Source: Bacteroidota bacterium (GTDB lineage Bacteria > Bacteroidota > Bacteroidia > Bacteroidales > GCA-2748055). From it: a stretch of DNA of 64,000 nucleotides. Shown piece by piece: positions 27,645 through 36,416 of the stretch. Numbering within the stretch: the first letter of the stretch is position 1; every line of letters starts with the position of its first letter. A program made the position numbers and the translations under genes. A model generated the notes under the pieces. It was not told the origin of the DNA and did not search any database. It was given only the letters and a program-made list of their open reading frames with translations. The stretch is taken from contig JBNJEV010000013.1 in assembly GCA_051746185.1 (NCBI GenBank), positions 5,753 through 69,752 of the forward strand, given 5' to 3'.

Positions 27645-28106
27645 TTAAAAATGGATCATTGTGAACGGTAATGAAACATTACTGTCCGCTTCCGTACATA
27701 CTTCGAAGGGAGCTTCCATCCAGGATTCCACGGACAGTTCTTCTTCCACTGATGCTGATTTGAAGGGTTTGCTCATCCAATCTTCCAGACTGATACGTGG
27801 TTCCAGGTCCCTGGACCGGCTGTGGGCCTCGGTCACCGTCAAGATTCCGGTCCGTTTTACTTCGACCGGAGAATCATTACACCAGCTGCTCAGATCATAC
27901 ATCCACCGCTCAATATGGTTTCTTTCCGTTCTGTGTTCGGCAGCGAAGCAGGCAAACCTATGGTTCTGATCATTGTACAACCTGGTTCGGAGGTTCGCCA
28001 GGCGGAAGGAGCCTTCATGGATGACCAGCTGACCGTAGGAGACGCATGCAGCAGCGATCAAAATAATTCCGATGGTGATTTTCGTTCTTTTCATAACTGT
28101 TGTCAT
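27645..28106 (-). CDS. Small secreted protein with two E-x-W-M-x-x-P-F repeats (paralog 2)
   Basis: The signal peptide is (MTTV)MKRTKITIGIILIAAACVSYGQ. The C-terminus is ...ISLEDWMSKPFKSASVEEELSVESWMEAPFEVCTEADSNVSLPFTMIHF*. Confidence 0.65.
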   Translation of the reverse strand: MTTVMKRTKITIGIILIAAACVSYGQLVIHEGSFRLANLRTRLYNDQNHRFACFAAEHRTERNHIERWMYDLSSWCNDSPVEVKRTGILTVTEAHSRSRDLEPRISLEDWMSKPFKSASVEEELSVESWMEAPFEVCTEADSNVSLPFTMIHF

Positions 28107-28135
28107 TTATCCTAACTCACTCGATCCTGTCAGTA

Positions 28136-28150
28136 TCACAAGATGTGCCA
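28136..28150 (-). promoter_or_regulatory. Weaker copy of the same upstream motif (TGGCAC-N5-GTGA) upstream of paralog 2
   Basis: The minus strand reads TGGCACatcttGTGAt, about 30-45 nt upstream of the candidate starts (28094 / 28106). The plus-strand block ATGTGCCAAACT is shared with 27588-27599. Confidence 0.18.
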
Positions 28151-28201
28151 AACTTCATAACAAATTTAAAATGAAAGAGATAACAAGTTAATTTGCTGTC
28201 G

Positions 28202-28491
28202 TTAAAAAAGGATAATTCTGAACGGAATTGTAACATGGGTGTACGGAAGCGTGCATCCTGCCGGACATCCGTTAACCCACCCGTCGGCATGGACTGTTCA
28301 TGATCTTTATCGGAGGATGCATCCTTTCTGAAGGCCCGGTCCAGGTCCATCAGCTTCTGCTGGAGCACCTGGGAAGGGGATTCCCTTGAGAAACAGTATT
28401 CATCGGATCGATTATCACGAGTCGTGATAAAGGCTCCGAAGATAATAACTTGGTGCAAATGGGAAAAGCCGAAAAAACCCGGTATCGCCAT
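28202..28491 (-). pseudogene. Frameshifted remnant of a third E-x-W-M family paralog
   Basis: The frame ending at the stop 28202-28204 reads ...ADGWVNGCPAGCTLPYTHVTIPFRIILF*. This aligns residue-for-residue (28 aa, no gaps) with the paralog 2 tail VESWMEAPFEVCTEADSNVSLPFTMIHF*. Upstream similarity (LMDLDRAFRKDASSDKD vs LEDWMSKPFKSASVEEE) is in another frame, the one of track ORF 28117..28491. There are stops between the two frames. Confidence 0.45.
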
Positions 28492-28923
28492 TTCGGTATT
28501 TTGTCACTTAACATTTTTATTAGTTCTTCTTATTTCTGTTAGTTTTTCAAAACTTTTCCTCGTTTTTAGGCGCTTTGTATTTAATTGAATACAAGACTAA
28601 TAGAAAAAAGAAACAGAAATATCCAGAAATCAGTGACTTTACAAAATTGTTAAGGAGTAACAACTTTATTAAGTCCGCTTTTCCCGAAATGGTATACCGG
28701 TTCTAAAAAATCAACAACTCACAGAATACACCATATTGAGTGTCCCTCTACTTTAATCCCTTCACTACGGGGGCATACGGGGGCATAAAGTTATTCTTCG
28801 CAATCCCTTAAATCATTCATATATGCAGGGAATCGATGTACCTGAGCACGTTTGTTCTGTGAGTGCCACAGAGTGCTCAGCTGAGCTGCTTGTCATTGAT
28901 GTGGTCCTGCGGGAGTCAGATGA

Positions 28924-29598
28924 TTACCCTCCGTGTCCGCCTACAACGATCACGATCTCTCCCCGGGGATTGTTTTTCCCGAAGTGGGTAACCAGCTCCT
29001 CAAGAGTGCCCCGGATGGTTTCTTCATGCACTTTCGTAAGTTCCCTCGAAACAGCAGCTTTCCGCTGGTTTCCCAGGATCCCGGACAGCTGGTGCAGGGT
29101 TTTGCACAACCTGAAGGGGGATTCATAAAATACCATGGTCCGGGGTTCCCGGGAAATTTCCTCGAGCCGTTTGCGTCTTCCCTTCTTATGGGGAAGGAAT
29201 CCTTCAAAAACAAAACGGTTGGTAGGAAGTCCGGAATTCACAAGGGCCGGAATAAACGCGGTGGGTCCCGGAAGGGTTTCAATCTTGATTTTCTGTTCGA
29301 TACACTTCCTTATCAGCAAAAAACCGGGGTCTGAGATCCCGGGTGTACCGGCATCGGTGACCAGTGCCAGCGAGGTGCCGGACAGCAGTTTCTGGATGAT
29401 CCCCTCCAGGGTCCGGTGTTCATTGAATTTATGGAATGAGCGCAGGGGTTTGCTGATCTGCAGATGCTTCAACAGGATCCCGGTCTTCCGGGTATCTTCA
29501 GCAAGCACCAGATCCACTTTTTTCAGGATCTCAACCGCCCTGTAGGTAATGTCACCCAGGTTGCCAATGGGTGTGGGGACCAGGTATAAAGCAGACAT
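28924..29598 (-). CDS. rsmI: 16S rRNA (cytidine1402-2'-O)-methyltransferase
   Basis: MSALYLVPTPIGNLGDITYRAVEILKKVDLVLAEDTR...SDAGTPGISDPG... is the tetrapyrrole-methylase fold of RsmI. Confidence 0.9.
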   Translation of the reverse strand: MSALYLVPTPIGNLGDITYRAVEILKKVDLVLAEDTRKTGILLKHLQISKPLRSFHKFNEHRTLEGIIQKLLSGTSLALVTDAGTPGISDPGFLLIRKCIEQKIKIETLPGPTAFIPALVNSGLPTNRFVFEGFLPHKKGRRKRLEEISREPRTMVFYESPFRLCKTLHQLSGILGNQRKAAVSRELTKVHEETIRGTLEELVTHFGKNNPRGEIVIVVGGHGG

Positions 29599-29599
29599 A

Positions 29600-30388
29600 T
29601 TATGTTCTGGTGAACCTTCGTTTGGCCAGATGGATCAGGATACCCACACCTTCATGGTCCATGCTGTCGGAGAAACGCCCACCAATGATCTGATAGGCAT
29701 CTTCAAAACTGCCGGCAGCATCCAGACGGTCCACCAGCGAGCGGAAACCGATGGCATCCCCGTCGAAGAGTTCCCGGATGATAAAGAAACGGTCGTTGAT
29801 CCCGATGCTCCGGCTGATATTTTCAATGGGCTGGCCTTTCAGTTTGGAGTCCATATCATCACCACGGCTGGTCGCGAGGTTCTCATTGATACTCGATTCA
29901 GTGGAGAACTTCTCGGCGAGGATCGCAGCTTCCTTTTTGGACTTTTCCTGTCCTTTTGCCGGTTCAGAGGATCCCGGAAGGTCCTGCTTTTGCCCGGCTT
30001 CCTGTGTTGTTGAGCTTTCCTGACGGGCCGGTCCTGCCTGCCCGGTGATCGGTTCAGGCTTTTCTGCCAGGCCCGTGCCTCCCGAGTTCTGCTGACGTTC
30101 ACCTGAATGCTGAGGAATCGGCTCGTCCACCGTGGCAGACCGGGACTCTTTGCGGAGATGTAGACGGTCCTCCCTTATCATCGTAAGTACCTCATACACA
30201 TTCCTCAGCTTGGAAAGGGCGAGGTCCATTTCAATGGAAGAACCTTCGGGAGAATTTTGGAGGTTCCCCACCAATTTTTCTATATCTTGTATATCTTTGG
30301 TCAATATTTCCAGGGTGTGTCTGATTTCCATCATGGTTCCGCGCTTTAATCTTGATGTCCGTACAAAACTAACGATAATCTTTAACAT
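29600..30388 (-). CDS. Hypothetical protein: coiled-coil N-terminus, low-complexity Pro/Gln/Glu/Ser middle, conserved-looking C-terminal domain
   Basis: The ORF is tightly packed between tdk (divergent) and rsmI, with its stop 1 nt from the rsmI start. I recognised no family. The start is probably at MMEIRH (30334). Confidence 0.55.
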   Translation of the reverse strand: MLKIIVSFVRTSRLKRGTMMEIRHTLEILTKDIQDIEKLVGNLQNSPEGSSIEMDLALSKLRNVYEVLTMIREDRLHLRKESRSATVDEPIPQHSGERQQNSGGTGLAEKPEPITGQAGPARQESSTTQEAGQKQDLPGSSEPAKGQEKSKKEAAILAEKFSTESSINENLATSRGDDMDSKLKGQPIENISRSIGINDRFFIIRELFDGDAIGFRSLVDRLDAAGSFEDAYQIIGGRFSDSMDHEGVGILIHLAKRRFTRT

Positions 30389-30399
30389 TATCTTATATC

Positions 30400-30981
30400 A
30401 TGTTCCTTGAAAACACGGCTGACAGATCGGGGGGTAAAGGCTGGATAGAAGTGATTACCGGGTCCATGTTTTCAGGAAAAACAGAGGAACTTATCCGGAG
30501 ACTGAACAGGGCCAGGATCGCCCGTCAGAAGGTAGAGATCTTCAAGCCCAGGATGGAAGTCAGGTATTCTGAACAGGAGGTTGTTTCCCATGACGAACAT
30601 ACCATCCAGAGTACTCCGGTCGACTCTGCTTCCAACATCCTGTTGCTGGCCAGCGGTGTGGAGGTGGTGGGTGTGGATGAAGCCCAGTTTTTCGATGACG
30701 GACTGATTGACGTATGCAACCAGCTGGCAAACAGCGGAATCAGGGTCATCGTGGCAGGGCTTGACATGGATTTCAGGGGAAAGCCGTTTGGTCCCATTCC
30801 CAAATTGCTTTCTGTTGCTGAATACGTAACCAAGGTTCATGCCATTTGTGTGCGATGCGGGAGCCTGGCAAATTACACTCACCGGTTATCGGGTGAAGAT
30901 AGTCTCATTTTGCTCGGGGAAACAGATCTCTACGAACCCCTCTGCAGGGAATGCTTTCACCGGGTCATGAAAGAAAAGTAA
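30400..30981 (+). CDS. tdk: Thymidine kinase
   Basis: ...[21 protein letters not shown]...[10 protein letters not shown]... and the C-terminal zinc-site cysteines (C..C...C..C) match Tdk. Confidence 0.93.
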   Translation: MFLENTADRSGGKGWIEVITGSMFSGKTEELIRRLNRARIARQKVEIFKPRMEVRYSEQEVVSHDEHTIQSTPVDSASNILLLASGVEVVGVDEAQFFDDGLIDVCNQLANSGIRVIVAGLDMDFRGKPFGPIPKLLSVAEYVTKVHAICVRCGSLANYTHRLSGEDSLILLGETDLYEPLCRECFHRVMKEK

Positions 30982-30983
30982 AT

Positions 30984-33686
30984 ATGGCGTTTGAACTGAC
31001 CATCAAGCAAGTGGGTGAACTCCTGGACGCAAAGATCCACGGGAAACGGGATATGGTCATCCGGCACCTGGCCATCGACAGCAGGACACTGGCCCGGACG
31101 GAAAACACCCTGTTCATTGCCCTGGTCGGGGAACAGCATGACGGACATGACTACCTGGAAGAACTTTACCGGCGGGGGGTCAGGGCGTTCCTGGTTTCCC
31201 GCTTTCCGAAGGAGGGCTCATTCGAGGAGGGCTCATACGAGGAGGGCTCATACGAGGAGGCAGGTTTCTGCGTGGTGGAAGATACACTCACTGCTTTGCA
31301 GATGCTGGCCCTGGCCAGACGACAGGCATTCGGGGGCATGGTGGCTGCGGTGACCGGCAGCAACGGAAAGACCATTGTGAAGGAATGGATCTACCAGTGC
31401 CTGAGAGACCGGGTGAGGATCTATCGCAGTCCGAAAAGCTATAACAGCCAGGTAGGGGTCCCCTTATCGGTTTGGATGATAAGCGACACCGACGAGATGG
31501 CAGTGCTGGAGGCCGGGATCTCCCGGACCGGGGAGATGCAGCGTCTGCAGGAGATCATCCGGCCGCAAGTCGGGCTTTTTACCAACCTGGGAACCGCTCA
31601 TCAGGAAAATTTCAGTGATCTGAAAGAAAAGCTGGCGGAAAAGCTTTCTCTGTTCACAGGATGCGAGAAAGTGATCTGCAGGGCGGATGTGGCTGTTGAG
31701 GACAGACCCCTGAAAGAATATTTCTCGGAAAGAGGCATCCCGGTGGTGGACTGGTCGCTCACCGGGGACTCAGGGGATGGGTCGCTCACCGGGGGCTCAG
31801 GGGATGGGTCGTCCACCGACCGCACCGGGGAGCTGCCGGTCACCGGCCACGCAAAGGACGGGTCGTCCACCGGCCAAGCTGAGGAGCAGCCGCCCGCCGG
31901 CCACGCCAGGGACTTGCCGGACAACGAAAGTGATAAGGACCGGCCGCCCGCCGGCCGCGCCAGGGACTTGCCGGTCACCGGAGATACCATGTACCGGTAT
32001 GCCATCCGCAACAAGAGGTCCTTTCATACGGAACTAACTGTCAGCTGCCCTGCCGGAGACAACAGCTTCTCCCTTCCCTTCAGTGATGAGGCATCCATTG
32101 AGAATGCCCTGCATACCCTTACATTTATCCTGGAAACGGGGACCCCGCTGCCCGTGGCCGTGCAGCGGATCGCGGAGATCGAACCGGTATCCATGCGCCT
32201 GGAGATGCTTCAGGGGATCCTGGGAAGCGTGGTGATCAATGATGCCTACAATGCGGATATCGGGGGATTGTCCTCCGCGCTGGATCTGTTGAACCAGCAG
32301 GACAGGAAAAAGGGCAGGGTACTGATCCTGTCGGATCTTCTCCAGAGCGGGATGCAGGAAGAAGAGCTGTATGATGAGATTTCCCGGCTCATCGATCAAA
32401 AAGGGACCGATCACTTCATAGGAATCGGTCCTGCCCTGATGCGACAGAGGAACAGTTTTCCCCGGTCGAGTGATTTTTACTCTGACACGGAAGAATTTCT
32501 GGGACGCATGGACAGGACCCTGTTCAGGGACAAAACCATCCTGGTGAAGGGCTCCAGGAAATTCGGGTTTGAAAGGATCACCCGGGAACTGCAGCTAAAA
32601 ACGCACCAGACGGTGCTGGAAATCGACCTGAACGCCATGGTGCATAACCTGAACACCTTCCGGTCCCTGCTGGGGGAAGGGGTAAAAACCATGGTCATGG
32701 TCAAGGCCCTTACCTATGGAAGCGGCAGCACGGAAATAGCCGGTTTGCTGCAGTTCCACCAGGTGGATTACCTGGCGGTGGCCTTTATCGATGAAGGTGT
32801 CGAACTGCGCAGGGCCGGAATTTACCTGCCCATCATGGTCATGAACCCCGTTCCTTCCGGATTCGGGCAGATGCTGGATTACCATTTGGAACCTGAAATT
32901 TACGGCTTCGGCGGACTTAAACGGTTGTATGATCTGATCCGTTACCGGGGGATCAAACATTATCCGGTACACATCAAGATGGACACGGGGATGCACCGGC
33001 TGGGATTCATGGAGGAGGAGATCGATGAACTGCTTCCGCTGCTGGACCGAGAAGAATTCAGGGTCGTTTCGGTGTTCACCCATTTGGCATCCAGTGATGA
33101 TCCGCAGCACGACGATTTTACCGGCCAACAGATCCGTGATTTTGAACATCTGGTGTCTTCTTTTTCGAAGGTGTTGCCCGGTAATTTCCTCCGGCACGTT
33201 CTTAATTCTTCCGGCATTGAACGCTTCCCGGAGGCGCAGTATGAGATGGTCAGACTGGGGATCGGTCTGCACGGGATCGGTTCCCTGGCATCCCTGAAAC
33301 CAGCCAGCTCCTTTAAAACCAGCATTTCACAGGTCAGAAAGCTAAAAGCCGGGGAAACAGTGGGTTATTCAAGGGCCGGAAAAGTTGACCGCGACAGCCT
33401 GATCGCCACACTGCCGGTGGGATACGCGGACGGACTGAACAGGAAACTGGGAAACGGTGCGGGAAGGGTATGGACCGCAGGAAAAATGGTACCTGTTGCG
33501 GGAAATATCTGTATGGACATGACCATGATCGATGTGACCGGTCTGAATGTGTCGGAAGGAGAGGAGGTGGAGATCTTCGGCAGGCACCAGTCCGTGAGCG
33601 AAATGGCCCGGCGGGCCGGAACCATTCCGTATGAGATCCTGACATCCATTCCCACCCGGGTGAAAAGAGTATATTTGCAGGAATAG
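30984..33686 (+). CDS. murF: Bifunctional UDP-MurNAc-pentapeptide synthetase (MurF) / alanine racemase (Alr) fusion with low-complexity insertions
   Basis: The N-terminal half matches MurF (...VAAVTGSNGKTIVKEW...). The C-terminal half matches Alr (...VMVKALTYGSGS..., ...VGYADG...). I chose the ATG at 30984, directly after the tdk stop. Confidence 0.88.
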   Translation: MAFELTIKQVGELLDAKIHGKRDMVIRHLAIDSRTLARTENTLFIALVGEQHDGHDYLEELYRRGVRAFLVSRFPKEGSFEEGSYEEGSYEEAGFCVVEDTLTALQMLALARRQAFGGMVAAVTGSNGKTIVKEWIYQCLRDRVRIYRSPKSYNSQVGVPLSVWMISDTDEMAVLEAGISRTGEMQRLQEIIRPQVGLFTNLGTAHQENFSDLKEKLAEKLSLFTGCEKVICRADVAVEDRPLKEYFSERGIPVVDWSLTGDSGDGSLTGGSGDGSSTDRTGELPVTGHAKDGSSTGQAEEQPPAGHARDLPDNESDKDRPPAGRARDLPVTGDTMYRYAIRNKRSFHTELTVSCPAGDNSFSLPFSDEASIENALHTLTFILETGTPLPVAVQRIAEIEPVSMRLEMLQGILGSVVINDAYNADIGGLSSALDLLNQQDRKKGRVLILSDLLQSGMQEEELYDEISRLIDQKGTDHFIGIGPALMRQRNSFPRSSDFYSDTEEFLGRMDRTLFRDKTILVKGSRKFGFERITRELQLKTHQTVLEIDLNAMVHNLNTFRSLLGEGVKTMVMVKALTYGSGSTEIAGLLQFHQVDYLAVAFIDEGVELRRAGIYLPIMVMNPVPSGFGQMLDYHLEPEIYGFGGLKRLYDLIRYRGIKHYPVHIKMDTGMHRLGFMEEEIDELLPLLDREEFRVVSVFTHLASSDDPQHDDFTGQQIRDFEHLVSSFSKVLPGNFLRHVLNSSGIERFPEAQYEMVRLGIGLHGIGSLASLKPASSFKTSISQVRKLKAGETVGYSRAGKVDRDSLIATLPVGYADGLNRKLGNGAGRVWTAGKMVPVAGNICMDMTMIDVTGLNVSEGEEVEIFGRHQSVSEMARRAGTIPYEILTSIPTRVKRVYLQE
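31212..31259 (+). repeat. 15-bp in-frame triplicate (EGSFE-EGSYE-EGSYE)
   Basis: The sequence gagggctcattcgag gagggctcatacgag gagggctcatacgag lies inside murF. Confidence 0.85.
31755..31985 (+). repeat. GC-rich degenerate repeats encoding a ~77-aa Gly/Ser/Asp/Pro/Thr-rich insertion in the MurF module
   Basis: tcgctcaccgggg(a/g)ctcaggggatgggtcg occurs twice and ccgcccgccggcc(a/g)cgccagggacttgccgg occurs twice. Multiple frames on both strands are open (track ORFs 31601..32014-, 31777..32037+, 31797..32027-). Confidence 0.8.
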
Positions 33687-33688
33687 AC

Positions 33689-35602
33689 ATGAAGGTCAGT
33701 ATATCAGCAGTCATCATCACCTTTAACGAGGAACGGAACATTCGCCGTTGCCTGGAATCGCTCAGGGGCGTGGCAGATGAGATCGTCGTGGTGGACAGCT
33801 ATTCCACCGATAAAACCGGGGAGATCTGCCGGCAGTTCGGTGCCCGCTTCATTCAGCACCGCTTTAGCGGGCATATCGAGCAGAAGAACTGGGCCATCCT
33901 GCAGGCAAGTTATCCCCGTATACTTTCACTGGATGCAGATGAGGCGTTGTCGGACCGGCTGCGCGAATCGATCTTCAGGGCAAAGGAGAACTGGACACAT
34001 GACGGGTACTATTTCAACAGGCTCACCAATTATTGCGGCAGGTGGATCAGGCATACCAGCTGGTATCCTTCCAGAAAGCTGAGGTTATGGGATGCCAGGC
34101 AAGGCAGCTGGGGAGGTTTCAATCCGCATGACCGCTTCTATCTGAACAAGGGTGCATCCAGGCGTTTTCTGAAAGGGGACATTTTGCACTATTCTTATTA
34201 TTCCCTCAGTGAGCACCTGGAGAAGATGAACTCCTTTTCCACCATCCTGGCCCGTTCATATTTTGAAAGGGGACGGTCCGTATACATCCTCAGCATCATC
34301 CTTCATCCGCTCTGGCGTTTCATCAAGGATTTCCTGCTGAGAACAGGATTCCTGGATGGTTATTACGGATTCATCGTGAGTGTGAACTCGGCCCATGAGG
34401 TATTCCTGAAGTATGTGAAACTAAGAAATATCTACAGGGAGGAGAGGGACAGTCAGAAAAAGACCATTTGCTTCTTTAACAGCATGAACACCTGGGGGGG
34501 CGGTGAAAAATGGCATTTTGATGTGGCCTCATACCTGGTGAAGAAATATTACCGGGTACTGCTCATCTCTTCTGCCGGGAGTCCCCTCTCGTTGAAATTG
34601 AGGCCAATGGGGATCACAACCTATAACATCCGGATCTCCAATCTTAGTTTTATGAATCCTGTCAAGGTTTGGAGGATTGCCCGGATCTTTAAGAAAGAGA
34701 AGGTAGGTTCACTCATCACCAATATATCCGGGGATATGAAAGTGGCCAGCATCGCGGGTAAAATAGCCGGAGTGCCCAATATCATTTACCGGAGGGGAAG
34801 CGCTATTCCCATCAGGAACAGCTTTATCAACCGCTACCTTTTCAGGAAAGTGATCACACAGATGGTGGCCAATTCAAGGGAAACACGCCGCACCATCCTG
34901 GCCAACAATGCGATGCTGGTCCCGGAGGACAAGATCAGCGTGATCTATAACGGGATCTATCTCTCAAGGTATCACAGGGATGTCCCGGCCCTTTACCGGT
35001 CCGGACCGGATGAGATTGTGCTGGGATCCGCGGGCAGGCTATCAGAAGAGAAAGGACATCTGTACCTGCTTGAGCTGATGAGGGAGCTCCGTGCGAGTGA
35101 TAAACGGTTTACCCTTCTGATCGCAGGGGAGGGGAGATTGTTTCACTGGCTGCAGAAGAAAGCCAGGAAACTGGGTGTGGATAAACAGACCCGCTTCCTG
35201 GGCTTTGTGGAAGATATGCCCGCATTTTTCCGGTCCCTCGATATTTTCCTGCTGTCCTCTCATTACGAGGGATTCGGTTATGTGATCGCTGAAGCCATGG
35301 CCAGCAGAAAACCGGTGGTGGCCTTTGACATCAAGTCCTCGGCTGAGATCATCGATCACGGCAACACAGGATACATCACCGGGCAGGGCGATCTGAGGGA
35401 GATGGCCCGCAGGGTCCTTGAGCTGGCCGGGGACAGTACCCTGCGTGAACAGATGGGCAACAGCGGAAGAAAGAGGGTTGAGGAAATGTTTTCCTTTGAA
35501 AAGAACCGGGAGGCGATCCGTGAGCTGATCACCCGGCAGGACGGGGTTTCGAGTACTTCCAGCGGCGATGCGACCACAGCCACAGTTCAGGCCGCTCCCT
35601 GA
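33689..35602 (+). CDS. Two-domain glycosyltransferase (N-terminal GT2, C-terminal GT4/GT1-type)
   Basis: The N-terminus is SAVIITFNEERNIRRCLESL...VVVDSYSTDKT (GT2). The C-terminus is ...EGFGYVIAEAMASRKPVVAFD... (retaining GT-B, EX7E-like). Confidence 0.8.
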   Translation: MKVSISAVIITFNEERNIRRCLESLRGVADEIVVVDSYSTDKTGEICRQFGARFIQHRFSGHIEQKNWAILQASYPRILSLDADEALSDRLRESIFRAKENWTHDGYYFNRLTNYCGRWIRHTSWYPSRKLRLWDARQGSWGGFNPHDRFYLNKGASRRFLKGDILHYSYYSLSEHLEKMNSFSTILARSYFERGRSVYILSIILHPLWRFIKDFLLRTGFLDGYYGFIVSVNSAHEVFLKYVKLRNIYREERDSQKKTICFFNSMNTWGGGEKWHFDVASYLVKKYYRVLLISSAGSPLSLKLRPMGITTYNIRISNLSFMNPVKVWRIARIFKKEKVGSLITNISGDMKVASIAGKIAGVPNIIYRRGSAIPIRNSFINRYLFRKVITQMVANSRETRRTILANNAMLVPEDKISVIYNGIYLSRYHRDVPALYRSGPDEIVLGSAGRLSEEKGHLYLLELMRELRASDKRFTLLIAGEGRLFHWLQKKARKLGVDKQTRFLGFVEDMPAFFRSLDIFLLSSHYEGFGYVIAEAMASRKPVVAFDIKSSAEIIDHGNTGYITGQGDLREMARRVLELAGDSTLREQMGNSGRKRVEEMFSFEKNREAIRELITRQDGVSSTSSGDATTATVQAAP

Positions 35603-36413
35603 TCACTTCTTCCAGGATCCGCACATGGCTTTCGGTGATCATATGGGGTTCCATCTCCGGGGGACTCTCACAGATCAGCTCATATTCAACTTCATAGTGG
35701 CCTCTTTTTGCCTTGCTGATTTTTATAAAGATCACCGCCGCACCCAGCTTTCTGGATAGCTTTTCAGCCCCCAGATAAAGGGGGGTATCCATGCCCATAA
35801 AGCGGGTCCAGTACTGGATATGGCTTTTGAGGGGACGCTGGTCGGATAGAAAAATGGCCATGGTGGGATCTTTCTCCCGACCATAGGTCATCATTCTGCG
35901 GGCGATCTTTTCCATGGGAATGGGGATGACCCCGAATTTTTTTCTGCTTTTCCGGATAAACCTGTCGAAATATTTGTTCTTCAAAGGCTTGTATGCTGCC
36001 AGGATCCGGTAGTCCGTCAGGAGCCCCAGGGTGGCCAGGTATTCCCAGTTTCCGTAGTGTGCGGTTACCCCGATCACCTGTTTCCCTTTTTTAAAAAGAT
36101 CTTCCAGTAATTCCTGGTTCCGGTAGGAGATCTTTTTTAAGGCTCTTTTCTTGCTGTAGAAAAGGAAAACGGCCGATTCCAGGAGAAGATCACACAGGTG
36201 ATGGTAATATTTTCGGGCAACCTCTTCGACCTCCCGGTGCCCATATGCCGGGAATGCCCGGGTAAGGTTGCCAAAGACCACCTGTTTGCGGTATCGGACA
36301 ACATGGTATGCGATCAGGTATAGAAAATCGGAAAACAGATAAAGCGCCCGGTCCGGCAAAATATGAAAAACCCAGGTAATACTGTATACAAAGATATATC
36401 CGATGAATTTCAT
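35529..36413 (-). CDS. Lipid A biosynthesis (LpxL/HtrB-family) lysophospholipid acyltransferase
   Basis: It has an N-terminal TM segment and ...GVTAHYGNWEYL..., the H-x4-E/D-type acyltransferase motif of the family. The length fits. Confidence 0.75.
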   Translation of the reverse strand: MKFIGYIFVYSITWVFHILPDRALYLFSDFLYLIAYHVVRYRKQVVFGNLTRAFPAYGHREVEEVARKYYHHLCDLLLESAVFLFYSKKRALKKISYRNQELLEDLFKKGKQVIGVTAHYGNWEYLATLGLLTDYRILAAYKPLKNKYFDRFIRKSRKKFGVIPIPMEKIARRMMTYGREKDPTMAIFLSDQRPLKSHIQYWTRFMGMDTPLYLGAEKLSRKLGAAVIFIKISKAKRGHYEVEYELICESPPEMEPHMITESHVRILEEVIRERPELWLWSHRRWKYSKPRPAG

Positions 36414-36416
36414 TCC

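Noticed and set aside
28117-28491. A 124-aa ORF as an intact gene upstream of paralog 2.
   Set aside because: Its 3' third runs through the AT-rich promoter region of paralog 2. Similarity to the E-x-W-M family switches frame within it. It is better explained as a frameshifted relic, reported as a pseudogene.
31601-32037. Three overlapping ORFs on both strands inside murF (31601..32014-, 31777..32037+, 31797..32027-).
   Set aside because: They are artefacts of the GC-rich degenerate repeat. The MurF-Alr frame is continuous through the region with conserved motifs on both sides.
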